NCBI RefSeq assembly: GCF_963921235.1
Contig: NC_086108.1
Coordinates: forward strand, 1,240,001 to 1,304,000
DNA: 64,000 nt
Direction of reading: 5' to 3'
From: Mobula hypostoma
Taxonomy: Eukaryota
Shown here: piece by piece, positions 51,301 through 64,000 of the stretch
Numbering within the stretch: position 1 is the first letter of the stretch
How the letters are laid out: the number at the start of each line of letters is the position of its first letter
Made by a program: the position numbers and the translations under genes
The notes under the pieces: generated by a model
Database searches by the model: none
What the model was told of the DNA's origin: nothing
Seen by the model: only the letters and a program-made list of their open reading frames with translations

Positions 51301-54300
51301 TGTCCCTCTGATGGTGTGACACTCCCTCAGTACTGTCCCTCTGACAGTGACACACTCCCTCACTACTGTCCTTCTGGCATTGTGACACTCCCTCAGTACT
51401 GTCCCTCTGACAGTGTGACACTCCTTCAGTACGGTCTCTCTGAGAATGAGACAATCCCGCAGTACTGTACCTCTGAAAGTGTGAGACTCCTTCAGTACTG
51501 TCCCTCACAGAGTGTGACTCTTGCTCAGTACTGTCCCTCCGAAAGTGAGACACCACTCACTTCTGTCCCTCTGGCAGTGAGACACCCCTCAGTTCTGTCC
51601 CTCTGACAGTGTGACACTCCCTCAGTACTGTCTCTCTGACAGTGTGACACTCCCTCAGTACTGTCTCTCTGACAGTGTGACACTCCCTCAGTTCTGTCCA
51701 TCTGACAGTGAGACACTTCCTCAGTACTGTTCCTCTGACAGTGTGACACACCCTCAGTACTGACCGTCTGACAGTGTGACACACCGTCAGTACTGTCACT
51801 CCCAGAGTGAGACACTCCCTTAGTACTGTCCCTCCATCTGTGAGACACTCCTACAGTACTGTCCCTCTGACAGTGTGACACTCCCTTAGTGCTGACCCTC
51901 TGACAGTGTGAGACTCCCTCAGTGCTGTTTCTCTGACAGTGTGAGACTCCCTGAGTACTGTCCCTCTGACTGTGTGACACTCCTTCAGTACGGTCTCTCT
52001 GAGAATGAGACAATCCCGCAGTACTGTACCTGACAGTGTGAGACTCCCTCAGTACTGTCCCTCACAGAGTGTGACTCTTGCTCAGTACCCTCCCTCCGAA
52101 AGTGAGACACCCCTCAGTTCTGTCCCTCTGACAGTGTGACACTCCCTCAGTACTGTCTCTCTGGCAGTGAGACACCCCTCAGTTCTGTCCATCTGACAGT
52201 GAGACACTTCCTCAGTACTGTTCCTCTGACAGTGTGACACACCCTCAGTACTGACCGTCTGACATTGTGACACACCGTCAGTACTGTCACTCCCAGAGTG
52301 AGACACTCCCTTAGTACTGTCCCTCCGTCTGTGAGACACTCCCTCAGTACTGTCCCTCTGACAGTGAGACACTCCCTCAGTACTGTCCCTCTGACTGTGT
52401 GACACACCCTCAGTACTGTCCCTCTGACTGTGAGACACCACTCAGTTCTGTCCCTCTGACAGTGTGACACTCCCTCAGTACCATCCCTCTGACAGTGTGA
52501 GACTTCCTCAGTACTGTCCCTCAGAGAGTGTGACTCTCGCTCAGTACTGTCCCTCTGACTGTGAGACACCACTCAGTACTGTCCCTCTGGCACTGAGACA
52601 CCCCTCAGTTCTGTCCATCTGACAGTGAGACACTTCCTCAGTACTGACCCTCCGACAGTGTGACACTCCCGCAGTACTGTACCTCTGACAGTGTGACACT
52701 TCCTCAGTACTGTCCTTCAGAGAGTGTGACTCTCGCTCAGTACTGTCCCTCTGACTGTGAGAAACCACTCAGTACTGTCCATCTGACAGTGAGACACTCC
52801 CTCAGTTCTGTCTCTCTGACAATGAGACACTCCCTTAGTACTGTCCCACTGACAGTGAGACGTTTCCTCAGTACTGTCCCTCTGGCAGTGAGACACTTCC
52901 TCAGTACTGTTCCTCTGACAGTGTGACACACCCTCAGTACTGACCGTCTGACAGTGTGACACACCGTCAGTACTGTCACTCCCAGAGTGAGACACTCCCT
53001 TAGTACTGTCCCTCCGTCTGTGAGACACTCCCTCAGTGCTGTCCCTCTGACAGTGTGACACTCCCTCAGTGCTGTCTCTCTGACAATGAGACACTCCTCA
53101 TTACTGTCACTCTGATGGTGTGACACTCCCTCAGTACTGTCCCTCTGACAGTGTGACATTCCCTCAGTTCTGTCCCTCTGACAGTGTGACACTCCCTCAG
53201 TACTGTACCTCTGACAGTGTGAGACTCCCTCAGTACTGTCCCTCAGAGAGTGTGACTCTCACTCAGTACTGTCCCTCTGACAGTGAGACATCACTCAGTT
53301 CTGTCCCTCTGACAGTGTGACACACCGTCAGTACTGTCCCTCTGACACTGTGACACTCGGTCAGTACCATCCTTCTGACAGTGTGACACTTCGTCAGTAC
53401 TGTCCCTCTGACAGTGTGACACTCCCTCAGTGCTGTCTCTCTGACAGTGTGACACTCCCTCAGTACTGTCCCTTTGACAGTGTGACACTCTCTCAGTACA
53501 GTCCCTCTGACAGTGCAACACTTCCTCAGTTCTGTCCCTCTGACAGTGACACACTCCCTCAGTACTGTCCCTCTGACAGTGTGACACTCCCTCAGTACTG
53601 TCCCTCTGACGGTGTGACACTCCCTCAGTACTGTCCCTCTGATGGTGTGACACTCCCTCAGTACTGTCCCTCTGACAGTGACACACTCCCTCACTACTGT
53701 CCTTCTGGCATTGTGACACTCCCTCAGTACTGTCCCTCTGACAGTGAGACACTTCTTCAGTACTGTTCCTCCGACAGTGTGACACTCCCTCAGTGCTGTC
53801 CCTCTGACAGTGTGAGACTCCCTCAGTATTGTCCCTCCGACAGTGAGACACTCCCTCAGTACTGTCTCTCTGACAATGAGACACTCCTCATTACTGTCAC
53901 TCTGATGGTGTGACACTCCCTCAGTTCTGTCCCTCTGACAGTGTGACACTCCCTCAGTACTGTCCCTCTGAGAATGAGACAAATCCGCAGTACTGTACCT
54001 CTGACAGTGTGAGACTCCCTCAGTACTGTCCCTCAGAGAGTGTGACTCTCACTCAGTACTGTCCCTCTGATAGGGAGACATCACTCAGGACTGTCCCTCT
54101 GACAGTGAGACACTTCCTCAGTACTGTCCCTCACAGAGTGTGACTCTCGCTCAGTACTGTCCCTCTGAAAGTGAGACACCACTCACTTCTGTCCCTCTGG
54201 CAGTGAGACACCCCTCAGTTCTGTCCCTCTGACAGTGAGACACTTCCTCAGTACTGTCCCTCTGGCAATGATGCACCTCTCAGTTCCGTCCCTCTGACAG

Positions 54301-57300
54301 TGTGACACACCGTCAGTACTGTCCCTCTGACACTGTGACACTCGGTCAGTACCATCCTTCTGACAGTGTGACACTCCCTCAGTACTGTCCATCTGACGGT
54401 GTGACACTTCCTCAGTACTGTCCATCTGACGGTGTGACACTTCCTCAGTACTGTCCCACTGACAGTGTGACACTCCCTCAGTGCTGTCCCTCTGACAGTG
54501 AGACACTCCCTCAGCACTGTCCCTCTGACAGTGTGACACTCCCTCAGTTCTGTCTCTCTGACAGTGTGACACTACCTCAGTACTGTCCCTCCGTCTGTGA
54601 GACACTCCCTCAGTACATTCCCTCTGACAGTGTGACACTCCCTCAGCTCTGTCTCTCTGACAATGAGACACTCCCTCAGTACTGTCCCTCTGACGGTGTG
54701 ACATTCCCTCAGTACTGTCCCTCTGATGGTGTGACACTCCCTCAGTACTGGCCCTCTGGCAGTGACACACTCATTCACTACTGTCCATCTGGCATTGTGA
54801 CACTCCCTCAGTACTGTCCCTCTGACAGTGTGACACTCCTTCAGTACGGTCTCTCTGAGAATGAGACAATCCCGCAGTACTGTACCTCTGACAGTGCGTG
54901 ACTCCCTCAGTACTGTCCCTCACAGAGTGTGACTCTTGCTCAGTACTGTCCCTCCGAAAGTGAGACACCACTCACTTCTGTCCCTCTGGCAGTGTGATAC
55001 CCCTCAGTTCTGTCCCTCTGACAGTGTGACACTCCCTCAGTACTGTCTCTCTGACAGTGTGACACTCCCTCAGTTCTGTCCATCTGACAGTGAGACACTT
55101 CCTCAGTACTGTTCCTCTGACAGTGTGACACACCCTCAGTACTGACCGTCTGACAGTGTGACTCACCGTCAGTACTGTCACTCCCAGAGTGAGACACTTC
55201 CTTAGTACTGTCCCTCCGTCTGTGAGACACTCCCTCAGTACTGTCCCTCTGACAGTGTGACACTCCCTCAGTGCTGTCCCTCTGACAGTGAGACACTCCC
55301 TCAGCACTGTCCCTCTGACAGTTTAACACTCCCTCAGTTCTGTCTCTCTGACAGTGTGACACTCCCTCAGTACTGTCCCTCCGTCTGTGAGACACTCCCT
55401 CAGTACTGTCCCTCTGACAGTGTGACACTCCCTCAGTGCTGTTTCTCTGACAGTGTGATACTCCCTGAGTACTGTCCCTCTGACAGTGTGACACTCCCTC
55501 AGTTCTGTCTCTCTGACAATGAGACACTCCCACAGTACTGTCCCTCTGACGGTGTGACACTCCCTCAGTACTGTCCCTCTGATGGTGTGACACTCCCTCA
55601 GTACTGTCCCTCTGACAGTGACACACTCCCTCACTACTGTCCTTCTGGCATTGTGACACTCCCTCAGTACTGTACCTCCGACTGTGAGACACTTCCTCAG
55701 TACTGTTCCTCGAACAGTGTGACACTCCCTCAGTGCTGTCCCCTGACAGTGTGAGACTCCCTCAGTACTGTCCCTCCGACAGTGAGACACTCCCTCAGTA
55801 CTGTCTCTCTGACAATGAGACACTCCTCATTACTGTCACTCTGATGGTGTGACACTCCCTCAGTACTGTCCCTCTGACAGTGTGACACTCCCTCAGTTCT
55901 GTCCCTCTGACAGTGTGACACTCCCTCAGTACTGTACCTCTGACAGTCTGAGACTCCCTCAGTACTGTCCCTCAGAGAGTGTGACTCTCACTCAGTACTG
56001 TCCCTCTGACAGTGAGACACTCACTCAGTTCTGTCCCTCTGACAGTGTGACACACCGTCAGTACTGTCCCTCTGACACTGTGACACTCGGTCAGTACCAT
56101 CCTTCTGACAGTGTGACACTTCGTCTGTACTGTCCCTCTGACAGTGTGACACTCCCTCAGTGCTGTCTCTCTGACAGTGTGACACTCCCTCAGTACTGTC
56201 CCTTTGACAGTGTGACACTCTCTCAGTACAGTCCCTCTGACAGTGCAACACTTCCTCAGTTCTGTCCCTCTGACAGTGATACACTCCCTCACTGCTGTCC
56301 TTCTGGCATTGTGACACTCCCTCAGTACTGTCCCTCTGAAAGTGTAACACTCCTTCAGTACGGTCTCTCTGAGAATGAGACAATCCCGCAGTACTGTACC
56401 TCTGACAGTGTGAGACATCCTCGGTAATGTCCCTCAGAGAGTGTGACTCTCGCTCAGTACTGTCCCTCTGACTGTGAGACACCCCTCAGTTCTGTCCATC
56501 TGACAGTGAGACACTTCCTCAGTGCTGTTCCTCTGACAGTGTGACACACCCTCAGTACTGACCGTCTGACAGTGTGACACACCGTCAGTACTGTCACTCC
56601 CAGAGTGAGACACTCGCTCAGTACTGTCCCTCCGTCTGTGAGACACTCCCTCAGTACATTCCCTCTGACAGTGTGACACTCCCTCAGCTCTGTCTCTCTG
56701 ACAATGAGACACTCCCTCAGTACTGTCCCTCTGACGGTGTGACATTCCCTCAGTACTGTCCCTCTGATGGTGTGACACTCCCTCAGTACTGTCCCTCTGA
56801 CAGTGACACACTCATTCACTACTGTCCATCTGGCATTGTGACACTCCCTCAGTACTGTCCCTCTGACAGTGTGACACTCCTTCAGTACGGTCTCTCTGAG
56901 AATGAGACAATCCCGCAGTACTGTACCTCTGACAGTGTGTGACTCCCTCAGTACTGTCCCTCACAGAGTGTGACTCTTGCTCAGTACTGTCCCTCCGAAA
57001 GTGAGACACCACTCACTTCTGTCCCTCTGGCAGTGAGATACCCCTCAGTTCTGTCCCTCTGACAGTGTGACACTCCCTCAGTACTGTCTCTCTGACAGTG
57101 TGACACTCCCTCAGTTCTGTCCATCTGACAGTGAGACACTTCCTCAGTACTGTTCCTCTGACAGTGTGACACACCCTCAGTACTGACCGTCTGACAGTGT
57201 GACTCACCGTCAGTACTGTCACTCCCAGAGTGAGACACTCCCTTAGTACTGTCCCTCCGTCTGTGAGACACTCCCTCAGTACTGTCCCTCTGACAGTGTG

Positions 57301-58900
57301 ACACTCCCTCAGTGCTGTCCCTCTGACAGTGTGAGACTCCCTCAGTACTGTCCCTCCGACAGTGAGACACTCCCTCAGTACTGTCTCTCTGACAATGAGA
57401 CACTCCTCATTACTGTCACTCTGATGGTGTGACACTCCCTCAGTACTGTCCCTCTGACAGTGTGACACTCCCTCAGTTCTGTCCCTCTGACAGTGTGACA
57501 CTCCCTCAGTACTGTACCTCTGACAGTGTGAGACTCCCTCAGTACTGTCCCTCAGAGAGTGTGACTCTCACTCAGTACTGTCCCTCTGACAGTGAGACAT
57601 CACTCAGGTCTGTCCCTCTGACAGTGTGACACACCGTCAGTACTGTCCCTCTGACACTGTAACAGTCGGTCAGTACCATCCTTCTGACAGTGTGACACTT
57701 CGTCAGTACTGTCCCTCTGACAGTGTGACACTCCCTCAGTACTGTCCCTCTGATGGTGTGACACTCCCTCAGTACTGTAGCTCTGACAGTGACACACTCC
57801 CTCACTACTGTCCTTCTGGCATTGTGACACTCCCTCAGTACTGTCCCTCTGACAGTGAGACACTTCTTCAGTACTGTTCCTCCGACAGTGTGACACTCCC
57901 TCAGTGCTGTCCCTCTGACAGTGTGAGACTCCCTCAGTATTGTCCCTCCGACAGTGAGACACTCCCTCAGTACTGTCTCTCTGACAATGAGACACTCCTC
58001 ATTACTGTCACTCTGATGGTGTGACACTCCCTCAGTACTGTCCCTCTGACAGTGTGACACTCCCTCAGTTCTGTCCCTCTGACAGTGTGACACTCCCTCA
58101 GTACTGTCCCTCTGAGAATGAGACAAATCCACAGTACTGTACCTCTGACAGTGTGAGACTCCCTCAGTACTGTCCCTCAGAGAGTGTCACTCTCACTCAG
58201 TACTGTCCCTCTGATAGTGAGACATCACTGAGGACTGTCCCTCTGACAGTGAGACACTTCCTCAGTACTGTCCCTCACAGAGTGTGACTCTCGCTCAGTA
58301 CTGTCCCTCTGAAAGTGAGACACCACTCACTTCTGTCCCTCTGGCAGTGAGACACCCCTCAGTTCTGTCCCTCTGACAGTGAGACACTTCCTCAGTACTG
58401 TCCCTCTGGCAATGATGCACCTCTCAGTTCCGTCCCTCTGACAGTGTGACACACCGTCAGTACTGTCCCTCTGACACTGTGACACTCGGTCAGTACCATC
58501 CTTCTGACAGTGTGACACTCCCTCAGTACTGTCCATCTGACGGTGTGACACTTCCTCATTACTGTCCCTCTGACAGTGTGACACTCCCTCAGTGCTGTCC
58601 CTCTGACAGTGAGACACTCCCTCAGCACTGTCCCTCTGACAGTGTGACACTCCCTCAGTTCTGTCTCTCTGACAGTGTGACACTCCCTCAGTACTGTCCC
58701 TCCGTCTGTGAGACACTCCCTCAGTACTGTCCCTCTGACAGTGTGACACTCCCTCAGTGCTGTTTCTCTGACAGTGTGATACTCCCTGAGTACTGTCCCT
58801 CTGACAGTGAGACACTCCCTCAGTACTGTCCCTCTGACAGTGTGACACTCCCTCAGTTCTGTCTCTCTGACAATGAGACACTCCCACAGTACTGTCCCTC
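39400..58900 (+). repeat. Non-adjacent duplication: about 39.4-45.8 kb repeated at about 53.1-58.9 kb
   Basis: Matching ORFs at offsets 13682 (39438/53120, 41575/55257), 13320 (43114/56434, 44109/57429) and 13122 (44899/58021, 45205/58327). Confidence 0.88.
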
Positions 58901-61900
58901 TGACGGTGTGACAGTCCCTCAGTTCTGTCCCTCTGACAATGAGACACTCCATCAGTACTGTCCCTCTGACGGTGTGACACTCCCTCAGTTCTGTCCCTCT
59001 GACAGTGAGACACTTCCTCAGTACTGTCTCTCTGACAGTGAGACACTCCCTCAGCACTGTCCCTCTGACAGTGTAACACTCCCTCAGTTCAGTCTCTCTG
59101 ACAGTGTGACACTCCCTCAGTACCGTTCCTCTGACGGTGTGACACTCGCTCAGTACTGTCCCTCTGATGGTGTGACACTCCCTCAGTACTGTCCCTCTGA
59201 CAGTGACTCACTCCCTCACTACTGTCCTTCTGGCATTGTGACACTCCCTCAGTACTGTCCCTCTGGCAGTGAGACACCCCTCAGTTCAGTCCATCTGACA
59301 GTGAGACACTTCCTCAGTACTGTCCTCTGACAGTGAGACACTTCTTCAGTTCTGTCCCTCTGACAGTGAGACACTCCCGCAGTACTGTCCCTCTGACAGT
59401 GAGACACTCCCTCAGTACTGACCCTCTGACAGTGTGACAATCCCTCAGTACTGTCCCTCTGACAGTGTGACACTCCCTCAGTACGGTCTTGCTGAGAATG
59501 AGACAATCCCGCAGTACTGTACCTCTGACAGTGTGAGACTCCCTCAGTACTGTCCCTCACAGAGTGTGACTCTCGCTCAGTACTGTCCCTCCGAAAGTGA
59601 GACACCACTCACTTCTGTCCCTCTGACAGTGTGACACTCCCACAGTACTGTACCTCTGACAGTGTGAGACTTCCTCGGTACTGTCCTTCAGAGAGTGTGA
59701 CTCTCGCTCAGTACTGTCCCTCTGACTGTGAGACACCACTCAGTACTGTCCCTCTGGCAGTGAGACACCCCTCAGTTCTGTCCCTCTGACAGTGTGACAC
59801 TCCCTCAGTACTGTCTCTCTGACAGTGTGACACTCCCTCAGTTCTGTCCATCTGACAGTGAGACACTTCCTCAGTACTGTTCCTCTGACAGTGTGACACA
59901 CCCTCAGTACTGACCGTCTGACAGTGTGACACACCGTCAGTACTGTCACTCCCAGAGTGAGACACTCCCTTAGTACTGTCCCTCCGTCTATGAGACACTC
60001 CCTCAGTACTGTCCCTCTGACAGTGTGACACTCCCTTAGTGCTGACCCTCTGACAGTGTGAGACTCCCTCAGTGCTGTTTCTCCGACAGTGTGAGACTCC
60101 CTGAGTACTGTCCTTCTGACAGTGAGACACTCCCTCAATACTTTCCCTCTGACAGTGTGACACTCCCTCAGTTCTCTCCCTCTGACAGTGAGACACTCCC
60201 GCAGTACTGTCCCTCTGACAGTGAGACACTCCCTCAGTACTGACCCTCTGACAGTGTGACACTTCCTCAGTACTGTCCCTCTGACAGTGTGACACTCCCA
60301 CAGTACTGTACCTCTGACAGTGTGAGACTTCCTCGGTACTGTTCTTCAGAGAGTGTGACTCTCGCTCAGTACTGTCCCTCTGACTGTGAGACACCACTCA
60401 GTACTGTCCCTCTGGCAGTGAGACACCCCTCAGTTCTGTCCATCTGACAGTGAGACACTTCCTCAGTACTGTTCCTCTGACCGTGTGACACACCCTCAGT
60501 CCTGACGCTCTGACAGTGTGACACTCCGTCAGCACTGTCACTCCCAGAGTGAGACACTCCCTCAGTACTGTCCCTCTGACAGTGTGACACTCCTTCAGTA
60601 CGGTCTCTCTGAGAATGAGACAATCCCGCAGTGCTGTACCTGACAGTGTGAGACTCCCTCAGTACTGTCCCTCACAGAGTGTGACTCTTGCTCAGTACCG
60701 TCCCTCCGAAAGTGAGACACCACTCACTTCTGTCCCTCTGGCAGTGAGACACTCCCTCAGTTCTGTCCCTCTGACAGTGTGACACTCCCTCAGTACTGTC
60801 TCTCTGACAGTGTGACACTCCCTCAGTTCTGTCCATCTGACAGTGAGACACTTCCTCAGTACTGTTCCTCTGACAGTGTGACACACCCTCAGTACTGACC
60901 GTCTGACAGTGTGACACACCGTCAGTACTGTCACTCCCAGAGTGAGACACTCCCTTAGTACTGTCCCTCCGTCTATGAGACACTCCCTCAGTACTGTCCC
61001 TCTGACAGTGTGACACTCCCTTAGTGCTGACCCTCTGACAGTGTGAGACTCCCTCAGTGCTGTTTCTCTGACAGTGTGAGACTCCCTGAGTACTGTCCCT
61101 CTGACAGTGAGACACTCCCTCAATACTTTCCCTCTGACAGTGTGACACTCCCTCAGTTCTCTCCCTCTGACAGTGAGACACTCGCGCAGTACTGTCCCTC
61201 TGACAGTGAGACACTCCCTCAGTACTGACCCTCTGACAGTGTGACACTTCCTCAGTACTGTCCCTCTGACAGTGTGACACTCCCACAGTACTGTACCTCT
61301 GACAGTGTGAGACTTCCTCGGTACTGTCCTTCAGAGAGTGTGACTGTCGCTCAGTACTGTCCCTCTGACAATGAGACACTCCCTGAGTACTGTCCCACTG
61401 ACAGTGAGACATTCCCTCAGTACTGTCACTCCCAGAGTCAGACACTCCCTTAGTACTGTCCCTCCGACTGTGAGACACTCCCTCAGTACTGTCCGTCTGA
61501 CGGTGTGACACTCCCTCAGTGCTGTCCCTCTGACAGTGTGACACTCCCTTAGTGCTGAACCTCTCACAGTGTGAGACTCCCTCAGTACTGTCCATCTGAC
61601 AGTGAGACACTCCCTCAGTTCTGTCTCTCTGACAATGAGACACTCCCTGAGTACTGTCCCACTGACAGTGAGACATTCCCTCAGTACTGTCCCTCTGGCA
61701 GTGAGGCACCTCTCAGTTCTGTCCCTCTGACAGTGTGACACTCCCTCAGTACCATCCCTCTGACAGTGTGAGACTTCCTCAGTACTGTCCCTCTGACAGT
61801 GTGACACTCCCACAGTACTGTACCTCTGACAGTGTGAGACTTGCTCGGTACTGTCCTTCAGAGAGTGTGACTCTCGCTCAGTACTGTCCCTCTGACTGTG

Positions 61901-64000
61901 AGACACCACTCAGTACTGTCCCTCTGGCAGTGAGACACCCCTCAGTTCTGTCCATCTGACAGTGAGACACTTCCTCAGTACTGTTCCTCTGACCGTGTGA
62001 CACACCCTCAGTACTGACGCTCTGACAGTGTGACACTCCGTCAGCACTGTCACTCCCAGAGTGAGACACTCCCTTAGTACTGTCCCTCCGTCTGTGAGAC
62101 ACTCCCTCAGTACTGTCCCTCTGACAGTGTGACACTCCCTCAGTACTGTCCCTCTGACAGTGTGACACTCCTTCAGTACGGTCTCTCTGAGAATGAGACA
62201 ATCCCGTAGTGCTGTACCTGACAGTGTGAGACTCCCTCAGTACTGTCCCTCACAGAGTGTGACTCTTGCTCAGTACCGTCCCTCCGAAAGTGAGACACCA
62301 CTCACTTCTGTCCCTCTGGCAGTGAGACACCCCTCAGTTCTGTCCCTCTGACAGTGTGACACTCCCTCAGTACTGTCTCTCTGACAGTGTGACACTCCCT
62401 CAGTTCTGTCCATCTGACAGTGAGACACTTCCTCAGTACTGTTCCTCTGACAGTGTGACACACCCTCAGTACTGACCGTCTGACAGTGTGACACACCGTC
62501 AGTACTCACTCCCAGAGTGAGACACTCCCTTAGTACTGTCCCTCCGTCTATGAGACACTCCCTCAGTACTATCCCTCTGACAGTGTGACACTCCCTTAGT
62601 GCTGACCCTCTGACAGTGTGAGACTCCCTCAGTGCTGTTTCTCTGACAGTGTGAGACTCCCTGAGTACTGTCCCTCTGACAGTGAGACACTCCCTCAATA
62701 CTTTCCCTCTGACAGTGTGACACTCCCTCAGTTCTCTCCCTCTGACAGTGAGACACTCCCGCAGTACTGTCCCTCTGACAGTGAGACACTCCCTCAGTAC
62801 TGACCCTCTGACAGTGTGACACTCCCACAGTACTGTCCCTCTGACTGTGAGACACCCCTCAGTTCTGTCCATCTGACAGTGAGACACTTCCTCAGTGCTG
62901 TTCCTCTGACAGTGTGACACACCCTCAGTACTGACCGTCTGACAGTGTGACACACCGTCAGTACTGTCACTCCCAGAGTGAGACACTCCCTCAGTACTGT
63001 CCCTCCGTCTGTGAGACACTCCCTCAGTACATTCCCTCTGACAGTGTGACACTCCCTCAGCTCTGTCTCTCTGACAATGAGACACTCCCTCAGTACTGTC
63101 CCTCTGACGGTGTGACATTCCCTCAGTACTGTCCCTCTGATGGTGTGACACTCCCTCAGTACTGTCCCTCTGACAGTGACACACTCATTCACTACTGTCC
63201 ATCTGGCATTGTGACACTCCCTCTGTACTGTCCCTCTGACAGTGTGACACTCCTTCAGTACGGTCTCTCTGAGAATGAGACAATCCCGCAGTACTGTACC
63301 TCTGACAGTGTGTGACTCCCTCAGTACTGACCCTCACAGAGTGTGACTCTTGCTCAGTACTGTCCCTCCGAAAGTGAGACACCACTCACTTCTGTCCCTC
63401 TGGCAGTGAGATACCCCTCAGTTCTGTCCCTCTGACAGTGTGACACTCCCTCAGTACTGTCTCTCTGACAGTGTGACACTCCCTCAGTTCTGTCCATCTG
63501 ACAGTGAGACACTTCCTCAGTACTGTTCCTCTGACAGTGTGACACACCCTCAGTACTGACCGTCTGACAGTGTGACTCACCGTCAGTACTGTCACTCCCA
63601 GAGTGAGACACTCCCTTAGTACTGTCCCTCCGTCTGTGAGACACTCCCTCAGTACTGTCCCTCTGACAGTGTGACACTCCCTCAGTGCTGTCCCTCTGAC
63701 AGTGTGAGACTCCCTCAATACTGTCCCTCCGACAGTGAGACACTCCCTCAGTACTGTCTCTCTGACAATGAGACACTCCTCATTACTGTCACTCTGATGG
63801 TGTGACACTCCCTCAGTACTGTCCCTCTGACAGTGTGACACTCCCTCAGATCTGTCCCTCTGACAGTGTGACACTCCCTCAGTACTGTACCTCTGACAGT
63901 GTGAGACTCCCTCAGTACTGTCCCTCAGAGAGTGTGACTCTCACTCAGTACTGTCCCTCTGACAGTGAGACATCACTCAGTTCTGTCCCTCTGACAGTGT

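Larger units (their letters stand above)
9427..64000 (+). repeat. 33-bp tandem minisatellite/satellite array, over 54 kb, extending past the window end
   Basis: Continuous head-to-tail monomers CTCCCTCAGTACTGTCCCTCTGACAGTG(T/A)GACA with point variants and some shorter (31-32 bp) monomers. Single orientation throughout. Consensus is 18/33 GC. Confidence 0.99.

Noticed and set aside
9427..64000. CRISPR array (33-bp partly palindromic repeat)
   Set aside because: Monomers are directly adjacent with no unique spacers, there are no cas genes, and the context is eukaryotic retroelements.
9427..64000. V(D)J recombination signal heptamers (GACAGTG resembles CACAGTG)
   Set aside because: The critical first C is usually missing, there is no nonamer at 12/23 spacing, and no V, D or J segments are present.
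9427..64000. G-quadruplex array on the minus strand (two GGG per monomer)
   Set aside because: Loops of 10 and 17 nt and competing hairpins make stable G4 doubtful, and it cannot be supported from sequence alone.

Overview
Non-genic eukaryotic DNA. The repeat repertoire (CR1, Rex1/Babar-like LINEs, V-SINE, DeuSINE, Penelope-type hammerhead) suggests a cartilaginous fish such as a ray or shark; this is inferred, not shown. Bases 1-9426 are a nested patchwork of dead retroelement fragments. From about 9427 to beyond 64000 lies one head-to-tail 33-bp minisatellite/satellite array (consensus CTCCCTCAGTACTGTCCCTCTGACAGTGTGACA, roughly 1,600 monomers). It is interrupted only by two copies of a 506-bp retroposon with a 7-bp target-site duplication, and it carries layered higher-order duplications (693 bp, 1051 bp, 11.4 kb, about 13.7 kb offset and others). 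The most notable observation is that the monomer resembles a short internal segment of a DeuSINE (SacSINE1/LmeSINE1 type, compared from memory of the consensus), and the array begins where a degraded minus-strand DeuSINE-like copy would reach that segment. This suggests a satellite born in situ from a SINE. No host protein-coding gene, RNA gene or CRISPR array is supported. The many long ORFs in the array follow from the 33-bp period.
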